NCBI GenBank assembly: GCA_030390025.1
Contig: CM059436.1
Coordinates: 68,882,001-68,946,000, forward strand
Length of the DNA stretch: 64,000 nucleotides
Direction: 5' to 3'
Source: Squalus acanthias
Lineage: Eukaryota
The position numbers and the translations under genes are program-made. The notes beneath the pieces are model-generated. The model ran no database searches. It was not told the origin of the DNA and saw only the letters and a program-made list of their open reading frames with translations. Every line of letters begins with the position of its first letter. Position 1 is the stretch's first letter. Positions 50,881 through 64,000 of this stretch are shown in pieces.

Positions 50881-52201
50881 GCCAGCCAGCCCTCAAACCC
50901 TTTACCCCTCAAACCCTCTCCTCCCACAACCTGCGGACAAGGGCATTTGGGCAATTCGGCAGTCGCCTTTTTCAGAAATTAAGAATAACATTGTTAAAAC
51001 GCATACATTTAAATAATCTAGATTAAAATTAAACCATAAGTTTTTTAAAAATCTGCAGCCTTCATTGGTCTTTGAACTGGAAGTTAGTTGGCTAAATTGA
51101 TCAAATCTACGTTGAGAACTGCTAATTTACTATGTACCTGTCTCAATGTGCTGGCTTTCTGTTTCCCCTTAAGTAGATGCATGCTATATACACTCTTATT
51201 TAAAGGTATGATGTGCTGTTTGTTGCGTTACACAAAATACCAATCTTAAAAGTTACTTAAAACCATTTTGAACTTGTATTTTTTAAAAAGCTGTTTGCTA
51301 AGAATGTGCTGAAATCCGAGTTGTGTTCTTTATGTAGTGGAGTTTCTGGCGCCTCTTGCATATTAAGCCTGATATGAACGGATTGAACCACGCGTTTGAC
51401 AATTTAGTTAATTCTTGATAGGCAGGGGATGGTAAATCTGTAGAATACTATTGATAACATTTGAGGCCGCCCGGTGATGCATTTCTCTGGTGAAGTGGTT
51501 GTAAAGTATACGCCGTGCTGAAGAATGCAGCAACTCACTTTGCTGGAGTTTTGCTGTTCTCTGTTTATACACAGCGCATGCAATGTTCTGTAATAAGCAG
51601 AGTTTGTTTACCTTTAAAGGATTGGATATTTGGGATATATTTGGTGTTTTGGGATCAAAATGTCACTGGCGCACACACCAAAAGAGGAACTAATGCCGTT
51701 TGTACCAGAAATAAATAACGACGTCCCCTGCGCCTCTTTCTGCTGACAGGTAATGCAGCGGTAAAGCCAACTGAAAGAATGCAGAAAGCCGAAACTGAAT
51801 GTTGGGCTGCACTGTGGCACCAAACCCCGAATAAAGTCATCGTTCCTCTCACCAACGTAACGTGGTCATTCTAACCTGTGGCGAGAATGGGTTATGTAAT
51901 CAGCATGCTGTGATTAAAACATAACGCTGTTAATGAAGGTATTTGTTGTGTATAATCGCAAAACTCGTGAAATAATCGATTGAATCAACTTGGAAAGTTT
52001 GAATGCCCAGTTCCAAATTGTTTGAACTGTAATGGCAGATGATTGCCAATGTCTGCTTGATGCTTTCAAAACCAACTATCATTTCTAAGTACTACATGGT
52101 TTACATTTGGAGTTTCGGGTGATACTGAGAGTTTAAGCAGAAAACAAAAAAAGTACTCCTAGCAAACAGAGAATAAATGTACTGTATACTTGTGTTTTCA
52201 G

Positions 52202-52316
52202 ACTGGCAGAAAACAGAAGCACAGAAGCGACGTGAACAGCTCTTGCTCGATGAACTAGTTATTCTAGTTAACAAACGGGATGCACTTGTCCGAGATTTGG
52301 ATGCCCAGGAAAAACA
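52202..52316 (+). CDS. EHBP1: EHBP1 penultimate coding exon (bMERB domain)
   Basis: Acceptor tgtgttttcag|AC and donor CA|gtaagt. G+AC=Asp. Translates DWQKTEAQKRREQLLLDELVILVNKRDALVRDLDAQEK(Q). Confidence 0.95.
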
Positions 52317-52562
52317 GTAAGTATTCCACTGGGGAAGGAAACTCTTCCATCTCCATACTGGCTTAAAACTTTTCTCATTGTTTAAGTATACTGACGGGCT
52401 GTGTACCGATATATACAATCATATCAAATCTTGTAGTTTCTGAATTTTGAAATATAGTTTGATGGTGTTGATTGTTAGATTCTTAATGTATAACAACGAT
52501 CCAGCCAGCTCCATGGAATTAGTGTGTCGATTTGCTGATGCTATCTGTGTTTCTGTTTACAG

Positions 52563-52653
52563 GGCAGAAGAAGAAGATGAACACTTGGAACGAACTCTCG
52601 AACAAAACAAAGGCAAAATTGTCAAGAAAGAAGATAAATGTGTACTTCAGTGA
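52563..52653 (+). CDS. EHBP1: EHBP1 terminal coding exon with CaaX prenylation motif (CVLQ-stop)
   Basis: Acceptor ttctgtttacag|G. CA+G=Gln, then AEEEDEHLERTLEQNKGKIVKKEDKCVLQ*. The four exons total 380 nt and stay in frame. Confidence 0.96.
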
Positions 52654-53860
52654 GATGCACAAAAAGTGATCCCACATCATATAGAAAACTGTTATTGTCA
52701 TATTTTAATAAAACATATGCGATGGAATTTGAATGATCCAATGTCATATGTAGGGTTGTAAACTGTAATGTTTTATGTTGACAGCATTTAATCCTCCCAA
52801 TGCCGGACATCCGTGTATTTGGCTGCATTCGTTGTTTTTATGAAATTGTATTTTGTAAAAAAAAATGCTGAGTGTAATTGTTTTATTTGTATCAGTGGCA
52901 TTTAATCTCTATCCGATATAGTTTGGAGAATTCTTACTTCTGTACCGAGGGGAAAAACACCAAATTGTTACAAATGTAGCAGGATTGTTACTAGCTTTTT
53001 TTGTTCATACTGGGTTTAGTTTTCATGTTACTTTACATCGTACAGGACTGATTGGCTTTCCGATTGATTTTTAATCAGTTTTTAAATACTGTTGCCCAGA
53101 AAGGAAGGGTTAGGGGTAACCGTCACCTGCTTTCTCCATGTGGACTGGATTTTAAAGCAAAATCATGTGATGCAGAATGATATTAAAGCAGAGCCAGACT
53201 CTACAGGTTTACATTGGAAGTTGAACAAATTGACCGCCAAGTTCATTTTTTTTCAAAAGTACTTAGGATTGTAATTTTCATTAAGCTGCTTCACTTTTTA
53301 TAATTATAGAAAAATATTTAAAAATCGGAATGTTGAGGCTTGCTAGTGCTGCATTTCAAATATTTGGTTTTATTTTCATTGAGAATTGGGCGTTTCATTT
53401 GCTCTGTAAAGTCTGTTGAAATCTCTTTCTATAAATAGTAAGCTTATACAGACCGGCCATGTTGTAAATGATGTTGTCTGAAGCTAGTTTTAGTTTGAAC
53501 TCTTAAAAGGGCTGATAAACCTGCACCAGTTAGTGAAACTGACTCTCTGGTGTTTAATTGATGTTTATTTATTACCCCGAACAACACAATCTGATTGCGT
53601 GAGCTGCAGGTATTTTGCTGAACCTTCTTTCCTGGGTTCTGAGATCGTTGTTATTTGTACTCTGAAAAGAAAGGATTTCTTTAGGAGCTCCAAATTATGT
53701 TCAGTGCAAACTCCTGCATAAATCTGAAGTCAGCTGCAGCTGCTGTTTGTGGGAAGAAACATTTCTGTTTATTTATTCCAGGATCATCCACGAATCCTCA
53801 ATAAAAACTGAACTTTTAAGTGTTTCATGTCGAAAAAGATTGTTGTTGGTGTTTTACCCT
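52654..53860 (+). other. Probable EHBP1 3' UTR with candidate poly(A) signals
   Basis: AT/T-rich sequence after the stop. AATAAA at 52707-52712 and 53800-53805; the latter is followed ~35 nt later by a GT-rich tract (gattgttgttggtgtttt). Another AATAAA at 54080-54085. The true end cannot be determined here. Confidence 0.55.
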
Positions 53861-56800
53861 CATAACTTTCGCACAAGGTTCCAACCTTGCGCTCTGTATA
53901 TTATTGTGCGTATAAGAGTTTTATTTGTACATAGTTTGTTACCAAACAGAACAGTTCCTAAGGGGGATTCCCTCTGAAGTAGAAATAGCTGGCTTTATTG
54001 GAACACAATTTACTTTAAATGGGACCCATTTAATGCGTTACTGAAGTTGAAAGCTGCGTCCTTCATTTTCTGTTGAACCAATAAACTTAAGTTTTAACAA
54101 TTATACATCAGCAATTACATTTTGGTTGGTAAAGGTCAAGGTTTCGATTTAATTATAAACAAATACAATCTCTCTGAAATGTCGGCAGATTTACACGGCA
54201 GATAACGCTGAAAACCCGGTGCTTATAGCCAGTAATCTCTTGCGGTAAATAACGCTCTCATCATGCACCAGTTTGCTGTTAACTCGTTCATGATCATTCC
54301 ACTTTCAGCAATAAGAAATATTTGGCACCATTGGTTCAAAAAAAAACTCGGGGGAAAAAGGTCACAAGTCCAAATCTAAAGTGCATCTTTGATCGAAATT
54401 AAAAATAAAAACGTGAATCTAGTTTTCTAGCAGTACCTGAATGCCTAAACTCTGGAATCTGTTCTTTTCGTTGTATCTTTTAACTCAACGTATCCTACAG
54501 ATGCCCATCAGTCAGCCATTATACATGTAAACGAATTCAACCACAACCACTGGATTTATATTATGCTTTTTAGACTTTGGATAGCAATGGCAATCGATCT
54601 TGTGTTAACATTTTAAATTGCACGAGAGCATTATTCTTTACCTTTAAAGCAACTAAGCCCATTTTATGTTTCTTTGAAACAAGGCTAATAAAATGTTCTA
54701 AAATATGCTGTGCACCTTGGTTGGTAATGGCTGATTTCCGTATAATCGATTCTAAATGAGGGTGGAATAATACCTCGATCATCTATTCCTATTCACACAC
54801 GCTGCCGAAGTGGACCAGGAGATTGAGCAAACGCGCGAACCACCGCCCAACCGCAGCATTAAAGCTTAAAGTTTTAATAAAGTTCTTTATTGCTGCAAAA
54901 TAATATATACTGCCATTTCAGTTTGAGACCCATTCTATAGATAACTTAGAACATGCCAACACTAATCCCATCAGATCAGTTAGAGGTTACAGCCGTGAGC
55001 TTGTTTATTTTATATCCGTGTGTATATTTCTGAATTATATTACAATCTTCCCTCACGTTTCATCGACACAAAATGCTTGGGATTGTGATGTTTAACTTTG
55101 ATACCATTCTCAGGTGAGGTTGACTGTTATTGCACCAACATTGATGCCCCCGTCAATAGAAGGAAATAGCCTCCCATCCTGTATAATATTGTTTGAAGCA
55201 TCTCAATTCAATTGCCAACGTTTTAAGCCTCGAAACGTAAATGTTTCAAGGTCTTTTATGCTGAACACGTCATCTGTGTAATACACTGATTATTTCATAA
55301 ACCTCAGATATGTAATTCCTAAGTTTGAGGCGGTGTAATATGCTGCCTACCTCCTAAGGCTCATGTTGATGGTATATTTTTAATTTGGGTTAATGTAGGC
55401 CATTCATTCCTAGGAGGGAGATTAGAAAAAACAATTTTCTAGGGAACATCTGTTTACACACAGAGCCTTTTGCAATGGCTTGATTAGGAGCTTGACTAAT
55501 GACACCAGAATGCAGGCTCATCACAGCCGCCTTCTCCATGATTAAATAGTGGAAATAAGTTTTGACGGCTGACGTCCACTCTGGCCGCCTTAATATTTTA
55601 AAATTAATTTGCTGATATGATCTCAGTTTGTGCCATCTAGTTTTACAGGACAGCTCTTGCCCATCGGTAGCTGGGATCGCTCGCGCTCTATTTTATAGGA
55701 CGAATACAGTTTTGAAACAGGCTCGTATTTCAGACCATGCAAAAGCAGGTTTTTGGTTACTAAACGCAAACTAAATAAGCTGCATACGTTCTGCTTGCAC
55801 CGTTTAGTATTAGTGCAGGTTTGTAGCATTGCTGTAAATAGAAATCTAGAGTAAGTCCAATATATCAGCACCGTACTAAAGAGGTGTCTACTCTCACTCT
55901 CCATGTTTCGTAGGAAAGTACAAGTTATGAACTAAAACAGGCAATAAATCCTCATACTGTAAAGATGAAACGTGCACTTTAACTACACTGCGATATCAGA
56001 AATATGTTGCCAACATAACAATGCAGTTATCACCTGTGCCACATAAGAATCGGATAGGCGCCATTTATTCAAGCATCTTAACAGCTTCCAATTATATAGT
56101 TAGGTGGTGTAAATAATGCTATACTGGAAAATTTCTAAATCAATGTAACATTACTACTCCATCTGTAATATAAAAATTACTTGCAATTAATGGTAGCCAT
56201 GTTCTCAGTTCTTACCTGTTTAGCTCCTGGATGCACATAGTTACAAGTAGATTCTACAAACACTCTCAAAACGGCTGAAACAAAGCTCGGACACGCAGTT
56301 TTAAAACTTTTCGGTCCTTCACCTGCTGAATTAGGAGTTGATGAAGGGGTTTAGTCGCGATCGAGACTGGGGAAGTCTCTTGTGAATTATTACATCTGGG
56401 CTCTTTGAAGTGCTTAAATGTAGCTCTAGGTGCTGATCACTGGGATTCCAATCCCCCTTTTCACGGACGCAGTTACACAATCCTTGATATGATTTCCTTC
56501 TCTGTGTAAAGCAAATTAAACCAAGTGTGGCCGTTACAATCTGCTGGAGAATTTATCCTGAAACCAGCTCGCATTGCCGCTCGAGTGCCACATTTGCCCA
56601 TATTTTATTTATTTTTGTCTGTGTGAGGATCAGCAGTGTTCGGAATCCTGCCACAATCTTCTGACTTTAACCTTTGAAGGAACAAGAGACAAAACTTTTT
56701 TTTCTCCCCTGCCTCAATCCAAGGCTTCAGTCTCGGCTTTAAGAAAATTCGCCTGCAATTTCGGATTAGACAAATACTCTTATTACAAAGGTTAGTGCCA

Positions 56801-58754
56801 CTTGATACCTTGATACTTAACACAGGCTTGATCAGCTCATCTTAAACAGAGACTTCACAGAATAAAAACAGCCAGTAAATCCCTGGTATTGCTATGGAGG
56901 TATACTCGATTGTGCTTCACCGACCAAATTAGCATTATGTTTTGTTTGGTTATTGCGAGCTTAAAACCAGGATTCAAAAAAATGTACATCTTAAAATATT
57001 ATTCAAACGGCACAGCTGGGCAGTGCAGTCGTATTCCCGAAGGTTTCCATACAGTACTACAAATCTAGTGTTATAAATGAGAAAGGATTGGATGATTAGT
57101 ACAATAGTTTCCGCAAATATCACAGCAAAATATAACCTTGTTATCAATAACTATAACAATAGATGCATAATCATGTATAAACAATAGCAGTCCAACCCAA
57201 AACTGTGCAGTCTGTATGCATAATGAAGTAACAATGGCCATGTGGGTTGTGATCTTATATTTTTTCCGAAGGTATTAGCTTTTTTTTACGTTTAGCAAAT
57301 ACTAATGTTAATCCCGAACAATTTCTAATTATTTCGAATGGTTGGTTGCATCCTTCTTGCTCATGGTAACGAGATCTTATTATCATGGAAATTGTCTGCT
57401 TCAATGTAAAATTATGTTCCTTGAAGTTTTCACTTTTCAAACAGAGCAAAAACCAAAACAAAAAAAACTTCTTGAAAAGTGCATTATTTGGTGAGTTGGC
57501 GCTGAATTGACCGCGCTTCTTTTGTTATAAAAGGTGCTGGTGTCGATGACTTTAGTGAACTATAGGGAAAGTCTTGTAAGACCTCCCTTTGATGAGCTGG
57601 TTCCATATAGTAAAAAATGTAATTTCGTCGTCTGGCGGCCGGTTTCTTTGAACATTAGCTCGCTTTCAGCTCCCGCTTCAATTAGAATGAGTTGATTTTC
57701 TGCGAACAACAAAAGAGTGACCAAAGGCTTATTAAGGTCTTCAGAAGAACTCACCGAACCTTTCAAAAACAGTTAAGGAAACACTGTGCCCTCCATGATA
57801 TTCTGTTACCGTATTTTATTTGTTCACTAAAGAAAAGTGACGCTTGAAAAGTGGTTTCTTTGATACCCAGCGACCGACAGTACTTGTCTAATTCATTTAT
57901 TTTCCGCGTCGGCGTATTTTTTCTTTTGAAATTTCGATTAAAGGCAGTCCCATTAAACTTTACGCTGACTATTCCGAAATGTAATTCTAAGTGGGGATTA
58001 GGCCGTCATCAATATTCATGAGAACGTACAATTCCAAACAAAACAAAAAAATCTCAACACATATTTCTAGGGGTAATTATTTCGCAAGTAAGAATCGAAC
58101 TTGGCGAAAAGAAAATCAACACATGTTTAATATCGGTTCCTTTTAGAGGTTAGGAAGGGCCGTACCTTTAAAAAGAGAGAGAAGAGATAATAGTTTAATT
58201 TGTGGCCAACATTCGTTTAAACTTAAACCAAGTTTAACATGCAGTCTGCTGAAACATTTAAAGCGTACAGGGAGGACCTACCATGATGCAGATGTCTCAA
58301 TGAACATTAATACATTGGCTTTATTTAATGTAGTGTGCACCATGAAGCTCACAACGAAAATTACATGTGCACAACTATTTAAACACAGTTAGCTTCGCCC
58401 AGTTATTCCAGCCCAAAATCTCTATTTGTACACTTCTATAAATTTCACCAGATGAATAAAAAAGCTGGATAGCTGGCAGTTACACAGATATGAGATGACA
58501 GAAAACATACTCTCATTAATGTTTTCTGAACTTTTCAGTCTCACAACAATGTGCTAGGTTTAGTGCCTAGACTTCCATAACAATAAATACCTGCAGTATT
58601 TAACTACTGCTCAGTAATATTTCTTCATTAATAACTTAGCTTGGTGTATAGAAATTGCTAGTTTAGTGGACTTCCCTGGTAGAAGGTTGTGTGTGCTGAC
58701 CAATTTCAACTGACCTTTTTACCAAGCTCTGGAAGGAGTGTATCACGTCTCTGG

Positions 58755-59100
58755 GAAAGTAGTGCGCTGGCGTCACCGGGCGACGCGCTGTCAGTCATGG
58801 GCAGGGCGCTGGGCGATTGGCCGGCGCCTGCACTGCGTCAGGCGGTTCCGCCAGGCTCGCGCTCACATAGAGAAGGCTGCGCCGGAGCGCGGTGATCAAT
58901 CTCCATCAGTCTCCATTTACACCGCCAGCAGACAGCCAGGTACAAACACACACTCTCAAACTTTCCAGCTTACTTTCGCTCTTAACTCATTTCAGCCGCG
59001 TCACGCTTGACTTCATCAACCACTCTCCGGCGCTTCCAAGTTTCTAACTTTGCTACTTGTTTTGTGGAGGGGCGATTACTTTGCCCATCCGCCCCAGCCT
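58755..59100. promoter_or_regulatory. Small CpG-rich promoter-like patch
   Basis: Dense CpG (gcgctggcgtcaccgggcgacgcgctg...). Reverse CCAAT box (gattggc, ~58816), CRE-like half-sites tgcgtca/gcgtca, and GC box ccgccc at ~59089. Confidence 0.45.
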
Positions 59101-59642
59101 AATCTTGTGTCATGTTGTGTTACAGGCCAGAGAAGTGGCTCCTGCCCTCATTTACTGAGTTTATTTGTGTCCAACCGTGTGAAAAAGCTACGCAGGTGAG
59201 TGTGAGACTAGCTGCGTTTATGGGAAGTGTATCATGGAAACTAATTTGAGTTGAGACGATCAGTAAGTTTCTTTTATTAAAAAGGAAGTAGTTTTGGAGG
59301 TGTGGCAGTTTTAAAATCAAATGCATTTTGTTGTGGTTTGTTGCTAAAGTACAGCCGTTTTTGGTGCTGTTTAATTGTGAATGAGTTATTTTTCCTGTCA
59401 TAGTATTTCTAAATGTTTATATTTGTGCTATGTTGCTAAGTAAAGCAATTTATAGCTGTTAGCTGCGTCCAAAGTATGTGGATCGTCTCATTTGCTTCAT
59501 TTTTCTCACGGAAATTTACAATTGTAGTGTCCAAGGGTCGAATAAAAGCCTTGAATCCACTTACCGGCTAATTGGAGAGGCGTGTTTTCGCTTTTTGTTA
59601 ATTTATTTTGCTGATAAGGTTTCCCTTTAAATTGTCTCCCCC

Positions 59643-60234
59643 GAGGTCTAGTCTAAATTGTAATTGACTTAATTTGCACACAGCGATCGCCTTTTAAATG
59701 AGAGCACGGTTTTATCTGGGTCCTGTGGAGGTGAAAATTTGGTTTAGGACACTGTTGATTGAGGATAGCTGCAATTTTGGCTGCCGGTTAATTTTTTTCT
59801 GCAAGTGCTCTGATGTTATCCTTACTGTTTTGAGTGTGTATTCGATTAAAATGCCCACACTGAATATTCAGATTGATCTAATTGTTTTTTTAATTGGAAG
59901 CTAGTTTTTTGGGGGGAAAGCAAGCTTGATATTTTTTGTCGACTTTATATGTAACTTCTATTATACACAACAGGTTTTAGGATGTGATGGTAACAAATCT
60001 AACACTTTTATTAAACGCCAGGTAAAAGTGGTCCCGAAGGTTTCTAAACACTAAATTTGTCTGTTCGATTATATCTCAGATTATTGAAGAGTTTAGTCAA
60101 GGAAACCAAAACGGAAAATTGTCACTTTAGTTCATCCTTTCGTACTCAGTGATATTTTACTTTGATTCCAGAGGTCTAGTCTTAATTGTAATTGATTTTA
60201 ATTTGCTCCCTGCAATCGCCTTTTAAATGAGAGC
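59643..60234. repeat. Dispersed direct repeat pair (59643-59705 and 60171-60234), TAAT-rich
   Basis: gaggtctagtct(a/t)aattgtaattga..ttaatttgc......atcgccttttaaatgagagc occurs twice, differing by ~6 substitutions and 1 indel. Confidence 0.9.
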
Positions 60235-62104
60235 TGATGTATATCCAGTCCTCCCGAGGAAAGATTAAAATACTATATCAGAACTTCACTGTAGGACAAG
60301 CTCGATGTATTTGAATTGTAACTTTTCTCTCCAGTTTTTATCATGAGCCAAGTCACCAATTGGAATCGTCACTTTAATCTTCTAACCGCCATTACTGTAC
60401 AGTTCGCCTAATTACAAGGTACACACGCAACTTCAGTTAAATGTGTCTTGATAAAAACAAGACATTTTAGGATGGATGAAGTTTAAAAAAAATCAGATAC
60501 TGTGAAGTAGAGGAAGATTAAAATCCCTCGAACGAGTGCCTGTAATTAAGGAACGTGCGCCTGTAGGATTATCTCATTAGTTCATCAGGACACATCTACA
60601 ATAATGAATTCTTAATCACATGAATGATTCCTTTAATCGCCAGACATACGCCGGTTGCAATTGTGGAGAACATTCAACTCCAAAAAGTTATACTGGTGAT
60701 GGAGTGGACTGGCGGCTGCAAAGTTCGAACTCCCGCTGCGCGCCTCATACTTGGTTTTCTCCCCATAAATGATTTACATTTTTTAACAAGACTACAGAAG
60801 TGAGTCAGAGTTGGTGGACTATTTAAATTTGGAGTTCTACCTCGCGGTGTAAAAGTAAGATACATTTTGGGGGCCAGTGCTTGGTCTAACACATTTTTGG
60901 GAACCTTTCAATATTCACTCCACAATAGTTATAAAACTAAGTTTTTTGGAACATTTTCCTTGCCTTAATCCAAGAACCAGTACTTTAATTTTGGTCCAGT
61001 GATGCCTGATACATCATGTTAGTAATTTTATGGCTCTTGACCAAGTTCCATGTCCCACTCTGTGGAAAATGACCAACGTTTGTGCTGAGCCCCGAAACAA
61101 TGCCGCCATTTTGGATTCGCTAATCTTTTAGACCATTTCTACTTTACCAGAACAGTAAACTGTTGAATCCAAAATCGACATCCTCCTGTAAGGAATAACT
61201 TGAGGCTCCGGCCAATTTTTTTTAAACGCTGGAGTTGAAACTGCCAATTTTTCAAATCCTTGTGGATGCTCATTAAATGTTAATTTCAAAAAGTTAATTT
61301 CAATGCAGATTTATTGCAGGGCAGATGAGATTAATATTTAGATCTGATCACTGCATGGTTGTGTTAGGCTTGAGAGTCAGCAATGATCAAATGTTTCTGA
61401 ACTATCCCGTGTTCTGTAATTAACACAAATCTATTAATTTGCGGTTTTCTGCCCACCTGTACCTCGGACACGTCAGTCACGGCCATTCATGTTTTCAGTA
61501 CTGAAATGCAATGAGTTATTTGACTTTAAAGCATTCTATCCTCTGATTATAACGGGCCGCCTTAGTAAAAGTTGTGTAAAAATATTTTTTTTAGCGAACA
61601 CAAAAGCTGACGAGGATCGGACTTGGGGACCATCCGAACTGCAACCAGAAACTAGATTTTAAGTTTTGAAGATTTGGAGAGCAAATCGTACAGTTTTTAG
61701 CATGATGTCATACCTCAAACAGCCTCCCTATGGCATGAACGGCCTGAGCTTGACCGCACCTGGCATGGATTTGCTGCACCCGTCTGTCGGGTACCCAGGT
61801 GAGGGGAGCAACGCGCACAGACCACTCCAATATTTAAATGTTTAATATATCAAGTTGCAATCTTAACGATGCAGAACATTTCGTCAAATATTGTAAACTT
61901 GGAGGCTTTTTTTTAGAATTGTAAAGTTTGGATTTAATAGCAACCTTGTAACTTACACAGTAATCTTGGTGCATAACTTTATAATGCGGTTTTGGTGGGG
62001 TTATATTCTTCTCAGTATACGGGGAATGGGGACTAATTACTGGGGTATTTACCTTTTTATAACGAAAGCAAATAGTTGTGGAAGATTGAACTCAATCTTT
62101 CTAA

Positions 62105-62311
<207 letters not shown>

Positions 62312-62560
62312 TGAAGTAGCCAATAATGTAATTCTAAATGTCTGATTGTGGTAGCGACACTTAAACCTTCTCGGCCAGGAGAATACAAGAAATGGCCAAA
62401 GATTGAAACTATAATCGCCACAGGGAAGCGCAGGGCCACCTTTAAATCGTCTGCTACGGTTTTGCAGTGAGATTTTATGCTTGCGGTATCTAAAAAATGG
62501 TTCAAATGTGCAGAAAGGTAAAGTTTTGCTGTCGCTCTTGGCTTTAACCTGCCAAGTCCT

Positions 62561-62578
62561 GAGCGGCCCCTAGTGGAA
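62561..62578 (-). promoter_or_regulatory. Candidate CTCF site
   Basis: Minus strand TTCCACTAGGGGCCGCTC, one core mismatch from CCACTAGGGGGCGC, in a CpG-rich patch. Confidence 0.4.
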
Positions 62579-64000
62579 CCGCCTCGGGTTCAACCGACTC
62601 AAAGTGCCGTCGCATCAGGCGCTTGTCGCGATTCCGGGGTTTCAGGGTTTGGGGCGAGTATTTTCCTGTAATGTAGCGGGCATTAAGCGTTTTGTATTTA
62701 ATATTGCAAATTGGGGGAAATATGAAAAGATCGCAAACAGTTGTAACTGCATTTCAAGTTACCTTCAAACACCAAACGACGCAATGCTTAATGTCTCAAA
62801 CCGTCATAACATTCCGCGTTCTGGAAGTGGATATTTCCGATTGAGACGGTTGCTTGTGAAGCATTTTCAGACCATATTTGGTTAGAGACAGTTTAAGATG
62901 TTGCGTGCCAGCGATTGGCTACGGCATGTTTGCAAAACAAACCGATATGCAGGTGTATTTCATAGTTTATATATTTTTTTAAAATCTCCGCACCTATGTT
63001 GAAAATATTTTGAAAACTTTGGTTGCATAAATTATCTTGGTTTTTCCAATATATTCGCCAAATCAATTTAAAAGATGACCCTATCCAACACGAAGCCCCA
63101 CATTTCTGCAATCTTAGCTTCTGATATCTCGGTCACTTCTAAGCCAACATCAACAAACCAATTTAATTTTCGATATTAATACTTGCGCCAGTCAGTGGTT
63201 TTGGGAGACCCCGCAAAGTAGGATTTTGAAATGTGGAATCCAACTCCGACTCAGAAAAAAGTCATTGATGCAAAATGATTTAAAATGAATCGAGGTGAGC
63301 AACATAAATGGTTTGACTAGAACTCAACCAGTATTGACACTGGTCCTCTGAACACTACAGCAGTGGCGTGAGGAATCCCACACCTTAACGCTGAAGATTA
63401 TAAATCGGTTGTAGTCGAAATTGGTGCCATTTGGTGCATTAGAATGTGTTTACAGGAAGTAGTGGCATTTTGTTTGATGGGACGGGCTGTAGTGACCAAT
63501 GAGGTTGAAAATGGGACTGAGTTTGTATAAATTTTTAAATTAATTTGGCACCAAGATGTAGCTGTTTTATTGGGGGAAATGTGATGCTGGAAGCCAAGAT
63601 CTGTAAGCAACACGTCTCGCGTGTTTATGCGATTATGGACAGATTATAAAGGGATGGCGACATTTGTGAATGGCGATTGGACTGCACTCCCCTTACAATC
63701 TTTTAAGGAAATTAAAAACCCATGTGTTCGGGTTTTTAACCTTCACTATGATTCGAATTGACAATCCCAGAAAACCAGCTAAAGCAACAGACTTGGTGGA
63801 AAATTAAGGCCGGTAAAGCTCTTTTTTTTTCTTGTACGAGTAGTGGGGAGAAACATGAGCCAGTTTCAATAGTTTAAATGTTGCCTTCTCCAACCCTCTC
63901 GCCTAATGCAAGTACATTTTATCGGAGTTTTGCACTTTAGTTAGGAGAGGGTTAAATAAAATTGGACAAAAGGCTTTCATCCAGTGAACCCGCAGCGGGA

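Overview
Eukaryotic (vertebrate) genomic DNA, most likely from a shark or other elasmobranch, judged from an HE1/V-SINE, Deu-domain tRNA SINEs, and CR1, L2 and Penelope-type repeats. The window holds the last four coding exons of EHBP1 on the + strand (20767-20866, 36549-36622, 52202-52316, 52563-52653). They splice in frame to the C-terminal bMERB domain and end in the CaaX box CVLQ. The introns carry a ~15 kb nested retroelement pile-up, several SINEs, a 1.8 kb CT-rich compound microsatellite and a 22-bp minisatellite; there are four assembly gaps. From ~49.7 kb to the end I see no recognisable transposons and CpG becomes more frequent, consistent with regulatory DNA upstream of OTX1, the usual vertebrate neighbour (not in the window). 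The most striking element is a 218-bp fold-back insertion at 23519-23736. It has a 15-bp target-site duplication and two head-to-head minimal hammerhead-ribozyme cores (CUGACGA...GAAAC), one per strand, typical of Penelope-like elements. A duplicated ~63-bp homeodomain-motif module at 59643/60171 is also notable. Nearly all long ORFs in the supplied track are repeat or gap artefacts. All family assignments are from recognition or memory, not database searches.
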